A program made the position numbers and the translations under genes. From the human T2T-CHM13v2.0 reference genome, Homo sapiens, in NCBI RefSeq assembly GCF_009914755.1, contig NC_060925.1: DNA of 64,000 bases. One strand, written 5' to 3'. The notes under the pieces are model-generated. The model searched no databases, was not told the DNA's origin, and was given only the letters and a program-made list of their open reading frames with translations. This document shows, piece by piece, positions 41,907 through 56,769 of this stretch (positions are counted from its first letter, which is position 1; each line of letters starts with the position of its first letter).

Positions 41907-41939
41907 TGCAGAACCACAGTTGTCCACAAGAGGGCAGTA
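41907..41939 (+). promoter_or_regulatory. Extended CTCF site (upstream motif + core)
   Basis: TGCAGAACC-N5-TGTCCACAAGAGGGCAGTA. The core CCACAAGAGGGCAG matches CCASYAGRKGGCRS at 13/14, and the upstream TGCAG..CC motif is at the canonical spacing. Confidence 0.7.
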
Positions 41940-42269
41940 GCTCTCCTGTTTGCAGTTCTCTGGTGGCCTTCCCAGCTTTGGAGGGCGGCCAGCCCACCTG
42001 AGCGCTTTGCTAGCTGAGCCTCCATAGAACTTTCTCTAGCTGGATGGTCAGGAATGGGGCCATCTTACTCTGCAGAAACCTATATAAGCTTTCTGAGACC
42101 CGGCAGATAGTCCAACATCTTGGTGGCTTATCGTCAAATCTGTTATTCTTGAAGTGTCAGGAATTTTTTAAAAGAAAGGAAAAGAAATTCTAGTTTCATT
42201 CTCTTCTTGCCAACTCCCAAATCCTCTTTTGCTATATTCCAGCCCAGCACACTGTCCCAGTTTTTCAGC

Positions 42270-42870
42270 TGTTGTGTCTCAGCTCTAACCCCATTCTTCT
42301 CTATCCTGCCTTGCAACGCTGAAGCCGGGACCCTGCAAACCCCCTCTCTGCTTTGCCAGGTGGCTCATGGTAGGCTCCGCTAGGTTAGGGTGGAGGAAGG
42401 ATGCATTTACTTACTAGAAGTTTGCTTGTTTGGACTTCCTTACTTCTACCTGTTGTTCTGAGCAACACCTAGAAATGCTTCTTCATCCCAGTGGTAGCAT
42501 CCCACTGACAGCAGCTGAAGCCAGCTGGCATCTTCCCCAACTCATGCAGAGCTAGCTCCACCATGCCCACCTCAAAGACACTCACACCAGCTGCCTGTGC
42601 CCCGTCCTCAGAGGTCTGTGTCCTGAGTCCACTAGGCATCTCCTCCAAGGCTCTAATTTTTATCATTCCAACTTCTTCCTTCTCCTGTAGCTCCACTCTG
42701 CCCCAACAGCCCTATGGGTGGTAGGCCCTTTGCAATTGCTCCATTTATGGTAACCTAGTGTTCTCTTCCTGCATTTTCAGTTATGACTAGTTATCTATTC
42801 CTTATATTAAATTTTCTCTAATCAAGCAACTGGGGGTGGCTTTTGTTTCCTAACTGAACTCTGACTGATA
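42270..42870 (+). mobile_element. Ancient ERVL-type solo LTR (subfamily uncertain)
   Basis: TG start, ATTAAA poly(A)-like signal, and ...TTCCTAACTGAACTCTGACTGATA end typical of ERVL LTRs. Confidence 0.5.
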
Positions 42871-44476
42871 GATACTTTTTGTCAGGACTAAAACTAATGA
42901 GAGATTTGATTGTGATCGTTGGGTCAGAGATCCTCCACCTGAAAAATTAAGTCCACAAATGCCCACTGTGCATCTACACGTGAAAGGCACTGTCTTGAAG
43001 CTGAGAAATGGGCACTGCTGATCAACTCGGGTCCCCTACTCCTGACCCTTACTCCGAGGTCTAACCCTGGTTCTTTGCCTTGTCCTGCAAGGCAGCTCCG
43101 TGACTGGTGCTTTGGAATGGTAAACAATGCAGGCCGACTGGCTGCCTCCCTCCCCAACATGTGTTCTTCCTTGTTCCTCTGGCCAACTGTCACCTAGCCG
43201 CCCCCCCGACAAGTCCCACCATCCAGACAAAGGAACGCAGAAAAATAGAAGTATAATATCTCCTGCCCCACAATGGCCTGGCATGAGAGTCAGTCTCATA
43301 GATCTCATCGAAAGGCAGACATCCCTCACTCTCAAGCATGATTCTTTCTAGACAGCACCTTACCTGGGGAGAGAAGAAAGACGCCACCTTGGGCACAGAG
43401 AAGTGGGCGCAGAACTTATCTCTGCGACAGCTTAGCTCGACTAAAAATGCCCAGCAGCAGATTTGGATCTGCACAAGGGAAAGAGCACGACGAGAGGGCA
43501 GGCAGGGGCTGAAGAGGGAGAAAAGGAGGCCGATGTGTCTCTGCTAAAAACAAAGCTGGACTCTTTGCAGACCAGCAACTCCCGTCAAAGCCCTCTCTTC
43601 AGGAGCCACTGAAATGAATCGTGCTGGTTATAGCATTTAAAAACAGAGCCTCCTCAGTCATCATCACTGGAAAATACAGACTCAACCAAATTATCTGGGA
43701 TTCCTTTTAATGAAGCTTTGCCCCTCTTTTCCCAGAATGCCCCCACCAACGCTCCAGCGGCACTGGGCATTGCTGTGAACTTGAGCGCACCCTGCTGGCA
43801 AGTGGCTGCAAAGACACAAGGACCGTCTTCCCTGCCACATCTTCATGCCACATGTGTGCACAGCAGCTTTGAACTTGAAAGTTGTTTTACCCAAACTTTT
43901 GTTCTCTTTCCACACTTTTGTGGTGTTAAACAGATTTCAGCATCCTCATCTCCATCTTCTTTCTGGTTTTTCTATCCAGTTCTTTCTCCACGTGGCCCCT
44001 GCCCTGCTGGACCCCACCACAGTCCCCTTTTTGTTTCAAGACTATCTGCTTAACCCAACCAAGTCTTGGCTCCTCAAACGACCACGAGCAGCTCTTGGAT
44101 TATGGACAATTGGAGGGGTGGGAGTTGGGGCAGGGATGGGCAAGGGGAAGAGATTCTCTCTTAACCCTCGGGCTTTCTGGATTTAGAGGCCTAGAAGAAG
44201 AGAACCAACCATAGGGAACTGCGCACAGAAATTACATTGAGAAAACCATCCCAGACCCACTCTTCCAGCTGACCTCAGGCATGAAAGCCCTGGACCAGAA
44301 TAGCTAACTGGTCAACCCCTTTCACCTCTTCTGAGAGCTGTGGACTATGGCTCTGAAGAGGTGAGTGCCTGGGTAAGCACAGTCCACCCTATCCCACTTA
44401 GGGATGGATTCCTTTCTCAAGAATTTACTTCATTTCCTAATGAACATTAAGAATTCAAATTCTTTGATTTAGTCCC

Positions 44477-44907
44477 TGATATGGTTTGCATCTGTTTCCC
44501 CAACCAAATCTCATGTCGAATTGTAATCCCTAATGTTGGAGGTAGGGCCTGGTGGGAGGTGATTGGATTCTGGGGATAGACCTCTCATGAATGGTTTAGT
44601 GCCATCCCCTTCATACTGTTCTTGCAATATTGAGTGAGTTCACATGAAACCTGGTCATTTAAAAGCGTGTGGCATCTCCTCCTGCCCCTCTCTCTCTTGC
44701 TCCTGCTCTAGCCATGTGAAGTGCTTGCTCGTCTTTCGTCTTCTGCCATGATTGTAAGCTTCCTGAAGCCTCCCCAGAAGCTGAGCAGATGCCAGCATCA
44801 TGCTTCCTGTACAGCCTGCAGAACTATGGGCCAATTAAGCTTCTTTTCCTTATAAATTACCCAGTCTTAGGTATTTCTTTATAGCAATTCAAGAACGGAT
44901 TAATTCA
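44477..44907 (+). mobile_element. MaLR solo LTR (MSTA-like)
   Basis: TGATATGGTTTG...TAATTCA, with a perfect 5-bp TSD GTCCC (44472-44476 / 44908-44912). Confidence 0.92.
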
Positions 44908-45193
44908 GTCCCCTCTCAAGAAATTTCGAGGGGATGCAAATAGTTCTCAAGCACCCCTCTCCACTCGAGCTGTCAAGTGCACAGTGCCAGTGTGTGAGGA
45001 GCCCAGATCAAAGCCAGGTGTGGGGCTGAGAGGTCAGGAATTACTCTAGGGGCTTATCTCCCCCAGCTTCTGTTCCAGTGTCCACTAACAAGGAGATCTC
45101 TTGGATACCTGGATAGAAGACAAGTGCCTTCCCTTCAGACTGCCCTATTTCTAGGATGGCAGATATAAGGCCTTCATGCCACCCCCAACCCCA

Positions 45194-45194
<1 letters not shown>

Positions 45195-45233
<39 letters not shown>
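45195..45233. repeat. (CA)19 microsatellite
   Basis: Seen directly. Confidence 0.97.
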
Positions 45234-45236
<3 letters not shown>

Positions 45237-45539
45237 CCCATCGAAGATCAACTCATTGATCACAACAGTGAGCTGAGATGCAGTTCAAATTCCTGCTCCA
45301 CAGTGAACACAAAATAGCCACTTCAAATCAGATTTAGCCAGACTTCTGGCTACCTCTGGCCTATTTTAAAGTTAGGATCCTCAAAGCACAAATATGTGAT
45401 TTATTGTCATCTGGAATATTCACTATTCCAAATCTGAACTCAAAATCAGCTCTGCTATGACCTTGTAAAAATCTCAAGTTCCTCTCCATCTCCTCTTTTT
45501 TTATAAATTTTTATCTGTGCTCCTTTGGTGTGTTCTTGA

Positions 45540-45930
45540 ACATGGTCCCACCTCAGTGCCTTTGCACTTCTTCCCTTCAGCCTGTTCCCTTTTCCCCCGG
45601 ATGCCTCCATGCCTCCTGCCTTCACTTCTTTAGGTCTCATTCAATTACTGCCTGATCAGAGAAAGTGCTCCTGGATCTCTCTAGATAAGCCCATACCCTC
45701 CACCTCCATCTCCACACTGTCTTCTTACCTTGTGTTTTCTTCATAGCATTAATCGCCACAAACCTATTATTTGGTTATCAAAGAGCTGATTTTCTGTTTC
45801 CCTTACTAGAAGATAAGGTCTGTGAGAGCCTCATCTTGTGGTTTGCTTGTTGCTGTTTCCACAGTGCCCACAGTAGGCTATTAATAAATGCATGCTTAAT
45901 GGATGAATGAATATGTGGGTAAATAAACAA
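45540..45930 (+). mobile_element. L2 3' fragment
   Basis: CCCACCTCAGTGCCTTTGCAC...ACAGTAGGCTATTAATAAATG...GATGAATGAA. Confidence 0.7.
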
Positions 45931-48900
45931 AGGAAGAAGTTTGTAAAGGGGAAAACTTTCGCCTCACTCTTCAAGGGAACCACCCGCTCTCTGCATGGAG
46001 CGACTTGCTACAGAGGTAAGATACAAAAAGTGGAAAACCTTCAAGTGAGGTCTTCCTCACACAGCATTCTTATGTACCTCGAGCAAAGTTCATAGTAATA
46101 ATTTAACTGTGAATGCAAACATCCCTATTCCCTTTTGCTGATATAAGCACAAAAATGTACAATATAAACAAACATACAAAACATACATCCTCAACACGTG
46201 TAAAATGCCTCACTAATTCAGGCTAATTGGACATAAGGCAAAAGTGAATTACTGGAAAGTCCAGACTATTAAATTTTGTAATAGAATACACTTTGATTAC
46301 TTTCAAATTCAGGGCACCCTCCTTATTCAACACTCAGACACTTAATATCTCTTTAATTCAATTCAACTGCCAAGAAAAGCCACAAACCCAGAAATAATCA
46401 GGAAGTCCTTCAGGCATCAGCAGCAATGAAAGTAGCCAAAAATAGCCCCAAAAGGGAAATCTGCTGAGATTCAGTTATTTTGCTAACCAAAAGAAAGTGC
46501 TACTCTCATTGACTGTTCAATGCCTATACAAGTAAAACTTTACCAGCACCCAAGTCAAAAAGAAAAAAAAGGGGAATCAGATACAATAATAACAGTAATA
46601 ATAACAACTACAACATTAACAACTAATATTTATTGAACACTTAGTACATGACTCTATTCCAATTGCTTTACATGTATTACTTACATAATCTATATAACAA
46701 CCATATCAGGTATCAGGTATGTGCTATTATTGTCCACATTTTATAGATGATGACACGGAGGTACAGAGAATACAATAATGAAGGTGGAAATAAAAACAAA
46801 TAACAAGGAACAATCGGGTGGACAGCGATGGCCTATGTCCAGAGAAGTAGAAGTTATAACTTAGATTGGAAATATGCTGTCAATCAAAGCAGATGATGAT
46901 GGAGAATAGAAGTGGCCAAGAGGGAAGACAAGTCAAATACACCAACTATAGAAAGCCCAGTGCAGAGGTATTCAGTTCTGGGACTCCCCTGTGACTCTAC
47001 GGTATCACTGTTCTGTTGGTCCGTTTGATAACCAGGGAGTCCGTAAGTCAGCCTTCCCCCATAAAACCTCCACAGTGATTATGAAGACTATAGAGTGCTC
47101 AATTTCTTTGAATTTTCACGAACCAGGTATCCAGAATATGACTTGCCTAGAATTCCTAGTCCAGATGTGTTGACAACTCAAATTATTGCAGGACTGGGCT
47201 AAATTTTTGGATTGTTATAACCGGCCCATTTATTTTTTGCAAAGAATAACTTTAAAATGCCTTGAATGTTACTTGGCCTCAAGTAGTTTAAGCAATCTCC
47301 CTATAACTTTGTTCTCACTGTTCGCTTGCACTATTTTCTTTTTTCAGTGCGAATATGGATTTCAAATTGGAACATTTTTGTATGATCACCAGTTCTGAAT
47401 TCAGTAGACCCTGGGCTTGTACGTGTGCATATTTTTCTTTCAAATCTGGACCATCCACGATCCTTTGACAATAGCTGCTGCTATCTGGTGTGCAAGCAGA
47501 AACTACACATGAAGGTGAGTTTCTCCACTGCTCTGGGGTCACGGGGGGCAGGGACGGGCTGGTAATTTGGAGGTTTAGGGCCAGACAAGTGGTCCTTTTC
47601 CGCTCACATGTGAAATCTGTCAGCTCTCAGCCTGGAACTGTAAGCAGAACAAGTGAAACTTCCTAGGTTACCGCAGCTCTTTCCAAGCTGTTCCTGCAGA
47701 GCAGGATGGGATGCACAGGCTGTGATTCCTGGGAGATGTCCTAAAAAGCCCCTGAAAGAACCCCTCTTAGCCCACGCCATGTCCGGTCCACAGTGTGTTG
47801 GACATTCTTACCTGACACTGATTTTTTCCTCCAGGTTTCATTGAGTAATTTGTAAGGCAGCTCTCAAGAATTATTTCCATTCCCAAATCCATCTTAGTTG
47901 TTTTTCTAACTGAGGCTGTGGCCCCAAAGTACCTCACGGAAGCCAAGCCTCTCACTCACACATGCCACAGGTCCCAGCAGCACTTCCGCCTTGAGGCAGA
48001 CCCCAAGCCTAAAATGTACGCATGAGATCTTGGAGGACACATTTCTGTAGTAAGAATGTATCTCTAACTGCTCCAGGAGCCCAGCTCGGCCTTATCTGTT
48101 TCACAGGGTGCTGGAGGGACTCCCCTCTCCAATCACAGGCCAGGACTTCCGGGGTGTCCTCCCACCATCTCTGGCCCCAGCAGAGTTAATTCCAGGCATG
48201 GATGTTCAAAGTCTTCATTACCCTGTGATGCCCATATGCACCTAAATGTGGGAACTGACATTTTCCAGACATTTGTGCTCCCTTTTCAAGTGCCGGCGCC
48301 CTTAAGAAACGGAACTTGGTGTACCTGCTTTTCCTGTGCGGGTGGCCTAGCAGAGACCAGAGAGAATGGACCTTGTTCCCCGGAGGGCTGCTGCCTCCAC
48401 AGGGACACCCAAATTATTCCAACCTCCAAAAGGCAAAGCTAAATGAAGTCTTGTATTCAGCCTTTGTTTAAAGATCATGTTCATGAGGTTTTGCATCATT
48501 CTAATACTTGTGCATATTATGTAATTCACACAAAGTGAACAATGGTTAAATTTTCAGGAGTAGAACTTAGAGTAAATTTTTCCCTTCCATTTACTTTTTC
48601 TGTGAACATATATTTTTAATACCCTTGTATTACCATTAGAAAGCAGAACATCTTTCTTTAATAAAAAGAAACATATAGATTTTGGTTTTGACAGGAGCTG
48701 ATTCCCTGTGCGTTTTAAAGTTTAAAAATATTTTAATGGCTTATTCCAAGTTTGTGTTATTTAAAAGGTGATATTTACATTTAGCAAATTGACTTACTCT
48801 AAAGATTCACCCGATTCAGCTTTGTGCCTGTCTGTCGCCAGACTTGTCCACCTGGGAGGGAGGAGTGGCCTCATCTCTCCCCTTTCTGGCTGTCAGTCAC

Positions 48901-49481
48901 CAGCAGGGCCCAAGCACACAGACCTCAGACTTGGCATGGTCCCTTCACTAAGCTCCCTGTGGAAAATTTTATAAGTTGCTATTTTTCTTTACCCTGAGAG
49001 ATGCACGAAGGCCAGACACGGTAGTCTTGGTTTTGCAGGTGAGAAAACCCAGCTACTGGGAGTTCAATCCCAGTGGATTTCCCAGTCACTTGAACTACTG
49101 ACAGCAGGTTTCATGTTCGGTCTTTTAAGGCTGATTCCCTGGGCTGAAATCATCTGACAGACTTCCTAAACTGCTTTTAGAGTCGTCATGGGTAACTTCC
49201 ACTAGCCCTCTGGGAGGAGAATTAAAAACATATTTAAAAAATTCTCACAAGTTAATCACCTTCCAAAATGAAGTCACCCAAATCGATCTCAAGATAAGCT
49301 TGACAACAATTAGAGCTTGTTTCCTTTCGAGTCAATTGCACTAGCAAAAATCTCACCTTTATAGTACTTAACGAAATTGATGGGACCCTGCAGCCATCCT
49401 GTGTGTTTTGGGGAAAGAAGCAAGGAAAGCCAACCATTGAGGTAAAAGACCCTCTTGACCCATCCACCTAAAACCATTCTG

Positions 49482-49569
49482 GGCTGCTCTGTCTATGGGG
49501 TAGACATTCTTTATTCCTTTACTTTCCTAATAAACTTGCTTTCACACAAAAATAAGTAAATAAATAAAA
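49482..49569 (+). mobile_element. 5'-truncated processed retrocopy of an ERV1 (MER41-like) LTR poly(A) end
   Basis: CTGCTCTGTCTATGGGGTAGACATTCTTTATTCCTTTACTTTCCTAATAAACTTGCTTTCAC followed by an A-rich tail. TSD TAAAACCATTCTG / TGAAACCACTCTG. Confidence 0.7.
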
Positions 49570-50379
49570 TGAAACCACTCTGACTTCCACACTGCCGCCC
49601 AACCTCCACTGTTAATTACTGGCCACGCCCACCGGGCCTTTCAGTAATCAATGGTCTCTGGTACTTTTTGTGGCCCCAGTGGTGCTGACCAATGCACTGG
49701 GTGCAAGATTGCTTAGTGCCAGCAACCTTGGCCAAGGAAAGCAGAAATTTCAGGTCTGTGCCATGGGTGCTTCCAGGTAGACACAGTTGTGGTGGGAGCA
49801 CAGGACAATTCCTCTAAGTAAGACCTAACCTGGTGTTTTCCGATCATTCCAAAGTGGCATCGAGGGAAGCCCTTAAAGAAAGTGGTCGTGGTGTCCTTGA
49901 AACGTGGCTCTGCCTGTAGCCCCTTGCCTTATATCCCCAATTACTTGGTATTATATCCTCATTTTTCATCTGTCCTGTATGTCTATAATGAGCTAAATTT
50001 TATAAGTCTATTTTAGGCAAGGATTTCTAATTTTGGAGGCTTTTTAAAAATCGTGTTGTGTATGTCATTGCTTCTTAAAACATAAAACGTTTTCTTTTTG
50101 TAAGCTCATAATACTGCACAAATAATTGGTGGAAAACACCATCATAAAACATTTTACGACATGAGCATACAAGACCATTGTCAGGGTGAGGCAGCACAGA
50201 ATTACAAGAAGAAGATCGCCAGTTAGATTCCTTATATTTACCTTAAAGGCCGTGCTTGAGCATACTAACAATTAATAACATTAAATACAACTACTGAATA
50301 AATGAGTGTTTCCGCATTTGAGTTGGACAACAGACCAGTAAGTGGGGTGGGGCCTGTCTCTCACCTTTCACGGCCCAAG

Positions 50380-51260
50380 ACCCTGAGCCTGGCTAACTCG
50401 CTGCTCTGCCCGAACCGCAGGCTGCCTGGGCCGGGGACGCGCGGAGGGGCCCCCCGCAGAGGGCGGGCTCAGCCGGGCAGAGCTCTCGGGGGCGCCCCGC
50501 GCCCAGCCCCGCCGGCTCCTGCTCTCCCCGAGCACGCGGCGTTAGCTAATCTTCTCAGGGACTGCCGAGGCCCTTTCTCCGCCAAACCGCAGGGAGGGAA
50601 CAGCCCGAGAAGGGAGGGGGCTGGGAAGGGTTTGTTGTTGCTTTTTCTGAATTAAAAGAAAACAGGGACTAGAGCAAGGAAGAGAGCGAAGTTCAAGGGA
50701 GAATCTGGCAAGTCACCTTGGGCAGCCCCTGGACCGCCGCCAGAGCTCTCTTGGAGAGGGTGAGGACGCCGAGCGTGTGATGAGCGCCTAGTGAGTATTC
50801 ACTGTGCATGATAGATGACTGGCCTGGAATCCTTCCACACCACAAATTTGTTCCTCTGTACACCCAGGCAACCAAAAAGCCAAAAGAAATGGGGGATTGG
50901 GGAGGGGACTGTCTAACTTCAGTTTCTCCCGGCTGCTGGCACCCGCGGCCTCAGAAGCTCTTAGCCCCGCCCCCCATTGTCTTTGACTCTGCTCCCTCCT
51001 TGGCCTCCCTTGGCCCCCGCCTGGTCCTGGAAGCAGAGCTGCGAGTTTCCCTTTTCTCTCGCTGTGCGCACTCGCAGCCCCGGTCCAAGCCCAGCCTCTC
51101 CAGGCAGGGATTAGTGCAAGCGTCCGTTGGCCGGAACGAGCGAGGACAGCCTCTCCACCTCCCTGCCTCCCTACCTCCCTGCCTTCAGCACCCTCCCCTC
51201 TGCGGCTCCCCGACCCAGCCATCCACAGCACAGCTGCCAGAATCGCCTTTCCGTTCCACG
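50380..51260. promoter_or_regulatory. Orphan CpG island about 19 kb upstream of LMX1A
   Basis: Abrupt CpG-rich, GC-rich segment with GC boxes. Not a recognisable repeat and no credible ORF. Confidence 0.75.
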
Positions 51261-51771
51261 GTTTTGATCATGTAACATCCCCACTTGGAAGACCAGAGTG
51301 AGTCCCAGCGGCCTCATATGTCAGATCTCAGTTTCTAACTATGAGCATCAAGGCCCTCCCCGAAGGCCCCCCATCTTGCCTGCCCTGTCTCACCGGCCTT
51401 CTATCCAAAATCTTCCAGTGCAAAACTTCTGGTCAGATTATGCAGAACTTTATAGCCTCTCCCTCCCCTACCCCACCACTTCGTCATTCCGCAAGTATTT
51501 ATTGAGCATCTACAAGGTTCCAGGCACTGAACTATGGGCTGCAAATACAAAAACGAACAAAAGAAATTATCCTGCCCTTAACGACTTTACAGTCAAGTGA
51601 GGAGAACAGAAACAAGGAAATTTTCTGGCTCCAGTTTGTCACTAAAACAACATAGTTCACATCTAAATCTGAGCACAGCTATGTAAAATACACTAATAAG
51701 CAGATCGTGCACAGATAAAAGACTGAAATGAAATGTACCAAAATAGCTATAGGATAACTGTTTTCTTCCTT

Positions 51772-53092
<1,321 letters not shown>

Positions 53093-55399
53093 GCTTCCTT
53101 ACTTCTACTTTTAGGTAATTTCTAAAATTTTTGACCAGGCATTAATTTCTATGATTAAAAGCAAACTGTTTTGTGTCATTTATTTTTTCTGATTAAAAAA
53201 GCAATGTTATTTTTTAAAGAAAAATTTGAAACTACAAAATACATTGATAAGAAAATAAAAAATTCACAATCCCAATATAGTGCATAAAATATCAACATTT
53301 TATTTGATTAGTACCTAAGCATTATCATATCTTTTTATAAAATTGGGCTCATGTCATACACAATATGTCATCACATTTCTACGTAACGTATTATAAATAA
53401 TTTTCCATGGCTTTGAAGTGCTCTACAGCATCATTTTTCATGTCTTCACAATATTCAACATGAATGAACTATATCTGGTTTAATCAATTCTTGTACATAC
53501 ATCATTGTGCATGTCCCTAAAGTGGAAGAAAACTGTGGAGATTGAAAATAGGCTTTTGACTCATTCAGACCTGGATTCAAATCCTGTCTATACCACTTGC
53601 TGGATGTAACTTTAACCACATTTACTAAATTTTTCTAGATCTCATGTTTCTCACACACAGATAAGGCGATAATAATATCTTCCTTACTGAGTTATTGTGA
53701 GAACAAAATTGTATATATAAATTGTTTTGGTGCCTGGCACACAGCAATTGATAGCCTTGATTATTTTCTTAGAACACATTTCTAAAAGTAGAACTTTCGG
53801 GTGAAAGTGTATAACCATTTTGAAATTTCTTGAGGTACACTGCACTATAGAAAGAGTGTATAAATTTCACTGAAAAGAGGGAGTCAGGAAGAAGTTTTTT
53901 AAAAAATTAAACTTGTTTTGAGCCTTGTGTACCCAACGCAATAATGGGCTCATTCAGTAAAACAGACATGAAACAATACCCTCTCTAATCTATAATTGTT
54001 ATAACCTGGCTCTTCCCCAGCCTTCTGTCCACCGGCTTTATTGCCCCCTGCTTCTAAAAGTGTCTTAGTTGAGTCTTCCCAGATTCTCCACAGCTTACTC
54101 CAGGGAAGCTCTCTTTAAGACTCTTCTCTACTGAAGACTTCCGGTGCTCCTTCACTTTGCACTGCTGGAGACTTCTGCAATCTCTGTAACATGCTCATGC
54201 TAAATCCTCCATCAGACTGCAAACTCCTGAAGTCCAGGGACCAAGGCTATGTTATGAAAATGAAATTGCTTTTGATTCTTTGGCTAACCACCCAAATCAG
54301 AACTGTTCAGGAAGATCTAAGATGTGGAAAAGTCGTACATACAGAATCTACCTTATAGGTGAGAAAATCTGGACTCTGGGAGGGAACATGCCCTTCCCAA
54401 GAGCACACACCAAGCAATGGAGCCTCGTTCCTGTCTCTCCACCTTACTGCTATCACCTCCAGCTGCCTCCCACCAGTTTCATGTTTTATTGCTCAATCTA
54501 AGCCCTGTGTTATCCGCTACACTATCTCAATTTGAAAAATCTTGCCCTTGACTCTTGCTTTTGTGCAGCCTACTGCCCTACTGTCAGTCCAGATCATTTC
54601 TGCATATGGACATCACACACACTCCCACCCACCACTCTTCCTTGAACTGGGGGAGGTAACAGAATCTGCGCCCACCCCGGCATTCCTGCACATCCTGAAC
54701 ATAAAAGCAGTTGTGAAACATGCAGAATCCTCCCCGATTTATTTCTTTTTACCTTACATCCCTTCCACTTTGATGTCAGTAGAATATTTGAAAGAAAAGA
54801 ATCTAACGTGACCTACTACCCTGGAATGCCAAGAAAAACAATTACCAGGTCGATGGAGCTCAGGGAGCAGCTGGTGGACATGAATGAATGGGGCAAAAAT
54901 AGTTTGTTTTCTAAACTCGTTCCACCTCAGGGTTGACCATCAGGTCTTTTGCTGGAGGCCGCCCAGAGCTCCCCACTTTCTGAACCTCAGTGACCCACAA
55001 TCCATTCCTAAAAGGGAGAGCCTCCTGTCTTTCTCTCAGTTCCCTCAGGCTCTTAGCAGGACTCAATAAGAGCCCCAGAAATTTCCCAGAAGTAGGTGGA
55101 TTTAAAAACACTTAAAATTGTAAGGGTGGGTGGTGGAGTCAGGTGGGAAGAAGCGAGTAGAGTTGGAAGGAGGATCTGCCCTCTTCTTAGGCCAGCTACA
55201 GAGTGATGCTAAATTGCTTAGGGGGGTAGTGAAGGTCACACGGAGCTCAGTTCTATCCTGCCCAGACCCCCAGAGCCTGTGATGACCAACATCTCCCCAG
55301 TTGTAGTGATTATCACAACTGGGCCCTTTTGTACAGCAGGATGGTGCTGTGGGGGATGAAGATCAATGTGGGCTTTGGAAAGGGCTATGTGGTGGTGCA

Positions 55400-56070
55400 T
55401 AAGAATTTGATCCTTATTATGGCCAACAAGGCCAATCTTAATGTGGCCCTTCCTCCCCTCCCTCTCTTCCTCTTGCAGCAGTCAGTGGTCACTGATACTT
55501 TCTGCTCTACAAGCTACTTTCTGCCACAGGGCATTTACACTTGCTGTTACCCCTGTCTATATGGCATGCTGAACTTAGCACCACAAGTATGTACCAACGA
55601 ACCTGCATAAAATATGATGGACCTATTACTGGTATTACCTGTCCTGCCTGTGGGCATTACTACACACACACACATACACACACACACACACACACATACA
55701 CATACACACACACACACCCTCACATCTCTGAGTGTATCTGCTATATCTTAGCATTACTAGTCCCTTCTCTTCATTCACATCTCTGATTGGCTGACTCCTC
55801 CTCAGAAAAGTCTTTCCTGGCTACTCTCTAAAATAGCAATCTCCCTCCCCCAGTCTATGCATCCTCTCTCTCCTTACCTTGAATCATTTTCTTTATCATG
55901 TAGTCTGCCTAAAGTAGAATTACTTACTTATGAGTTTGTTTTCGCTTCTATTCCTGCCCCAGATTCTAAACTCTATGAGAGCAGAAAATTATTTTACTCA
56001 TTGATGAATCCCAAAGCCTAGAACAAAACCTGACTTATAGTAGGCACTGAATATGATATGCATTTATAAT
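55400..56070 (+). mobile_element. L2 fragment interrupted by a (CA/TA)n repeat
   Basis: CTGCCACAGGGCATTTACACTTGCTG...TAAACTCTATGAGAGCAG...TAGTAGGCACTGAATA. Confidence 0.65.
55662..55717. repeat. Compound (CA)/(TA) microsatellite
   Basis: Seen directly. Confidence 0.92.
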
Positions 56071-56769
56071 CAGTGACTAAAAGAACTTCCAGGAGTACTT
56101 TTGATTCATAAGGAAGAATTTTATGTAAACTGGGAGAGGTTTAATAGCTGAATCTGTCTCCCCTCTTCCCACTGAGTTCTTTGACTTTATTTTAATGGGT
56201 CAGAGTTTCCGTGGACTTAGTGCCTGAGTGGTTTCTACAGAGCTGGGGCACCCCCAAAAGCCAGGGCTCTTCCAGTATGAATGATGGAGGTGTTTCCAGA
56301 GGAAGTCATCTGAGAGAAGAGCTCTTTGCAAATGACTGCTCAGGGACCCAGGATGTACACTGACAACACACCCCACTTCTGCACCCAAGTCAAAAGCTTG
56401 TATTGAAGAGTGATATATCTTTTGTATGTCATACTTCAAATTCCATTGTTTACAGAGGAAGTACTATTGTTGACAAGCATAAGCCATTTAGAAATATGAC
56501 AGAAGTTATGAGCCCTGAAAGAAAGGACAGTCCTCGAACTGGAAGGTTTGACCATGGAATTTCATTCTCTTTGCTCATTTATGTGTGCTGAAATGTTTCT
56601 TTTCAGCATTTGACTATAAAAAAGGCAAATGACTCAGAAGGGAGAGGAATTCATACAACCGCTAACTGTCCATTGGTAGCCGCGAGCTGTGAAAGATGAG
56701 GATCTAGTCTTGGTGTGGTAATATCTCTGTGCCACCAGGACAGTAATAAGTCCTTACATAAAATGTGGG

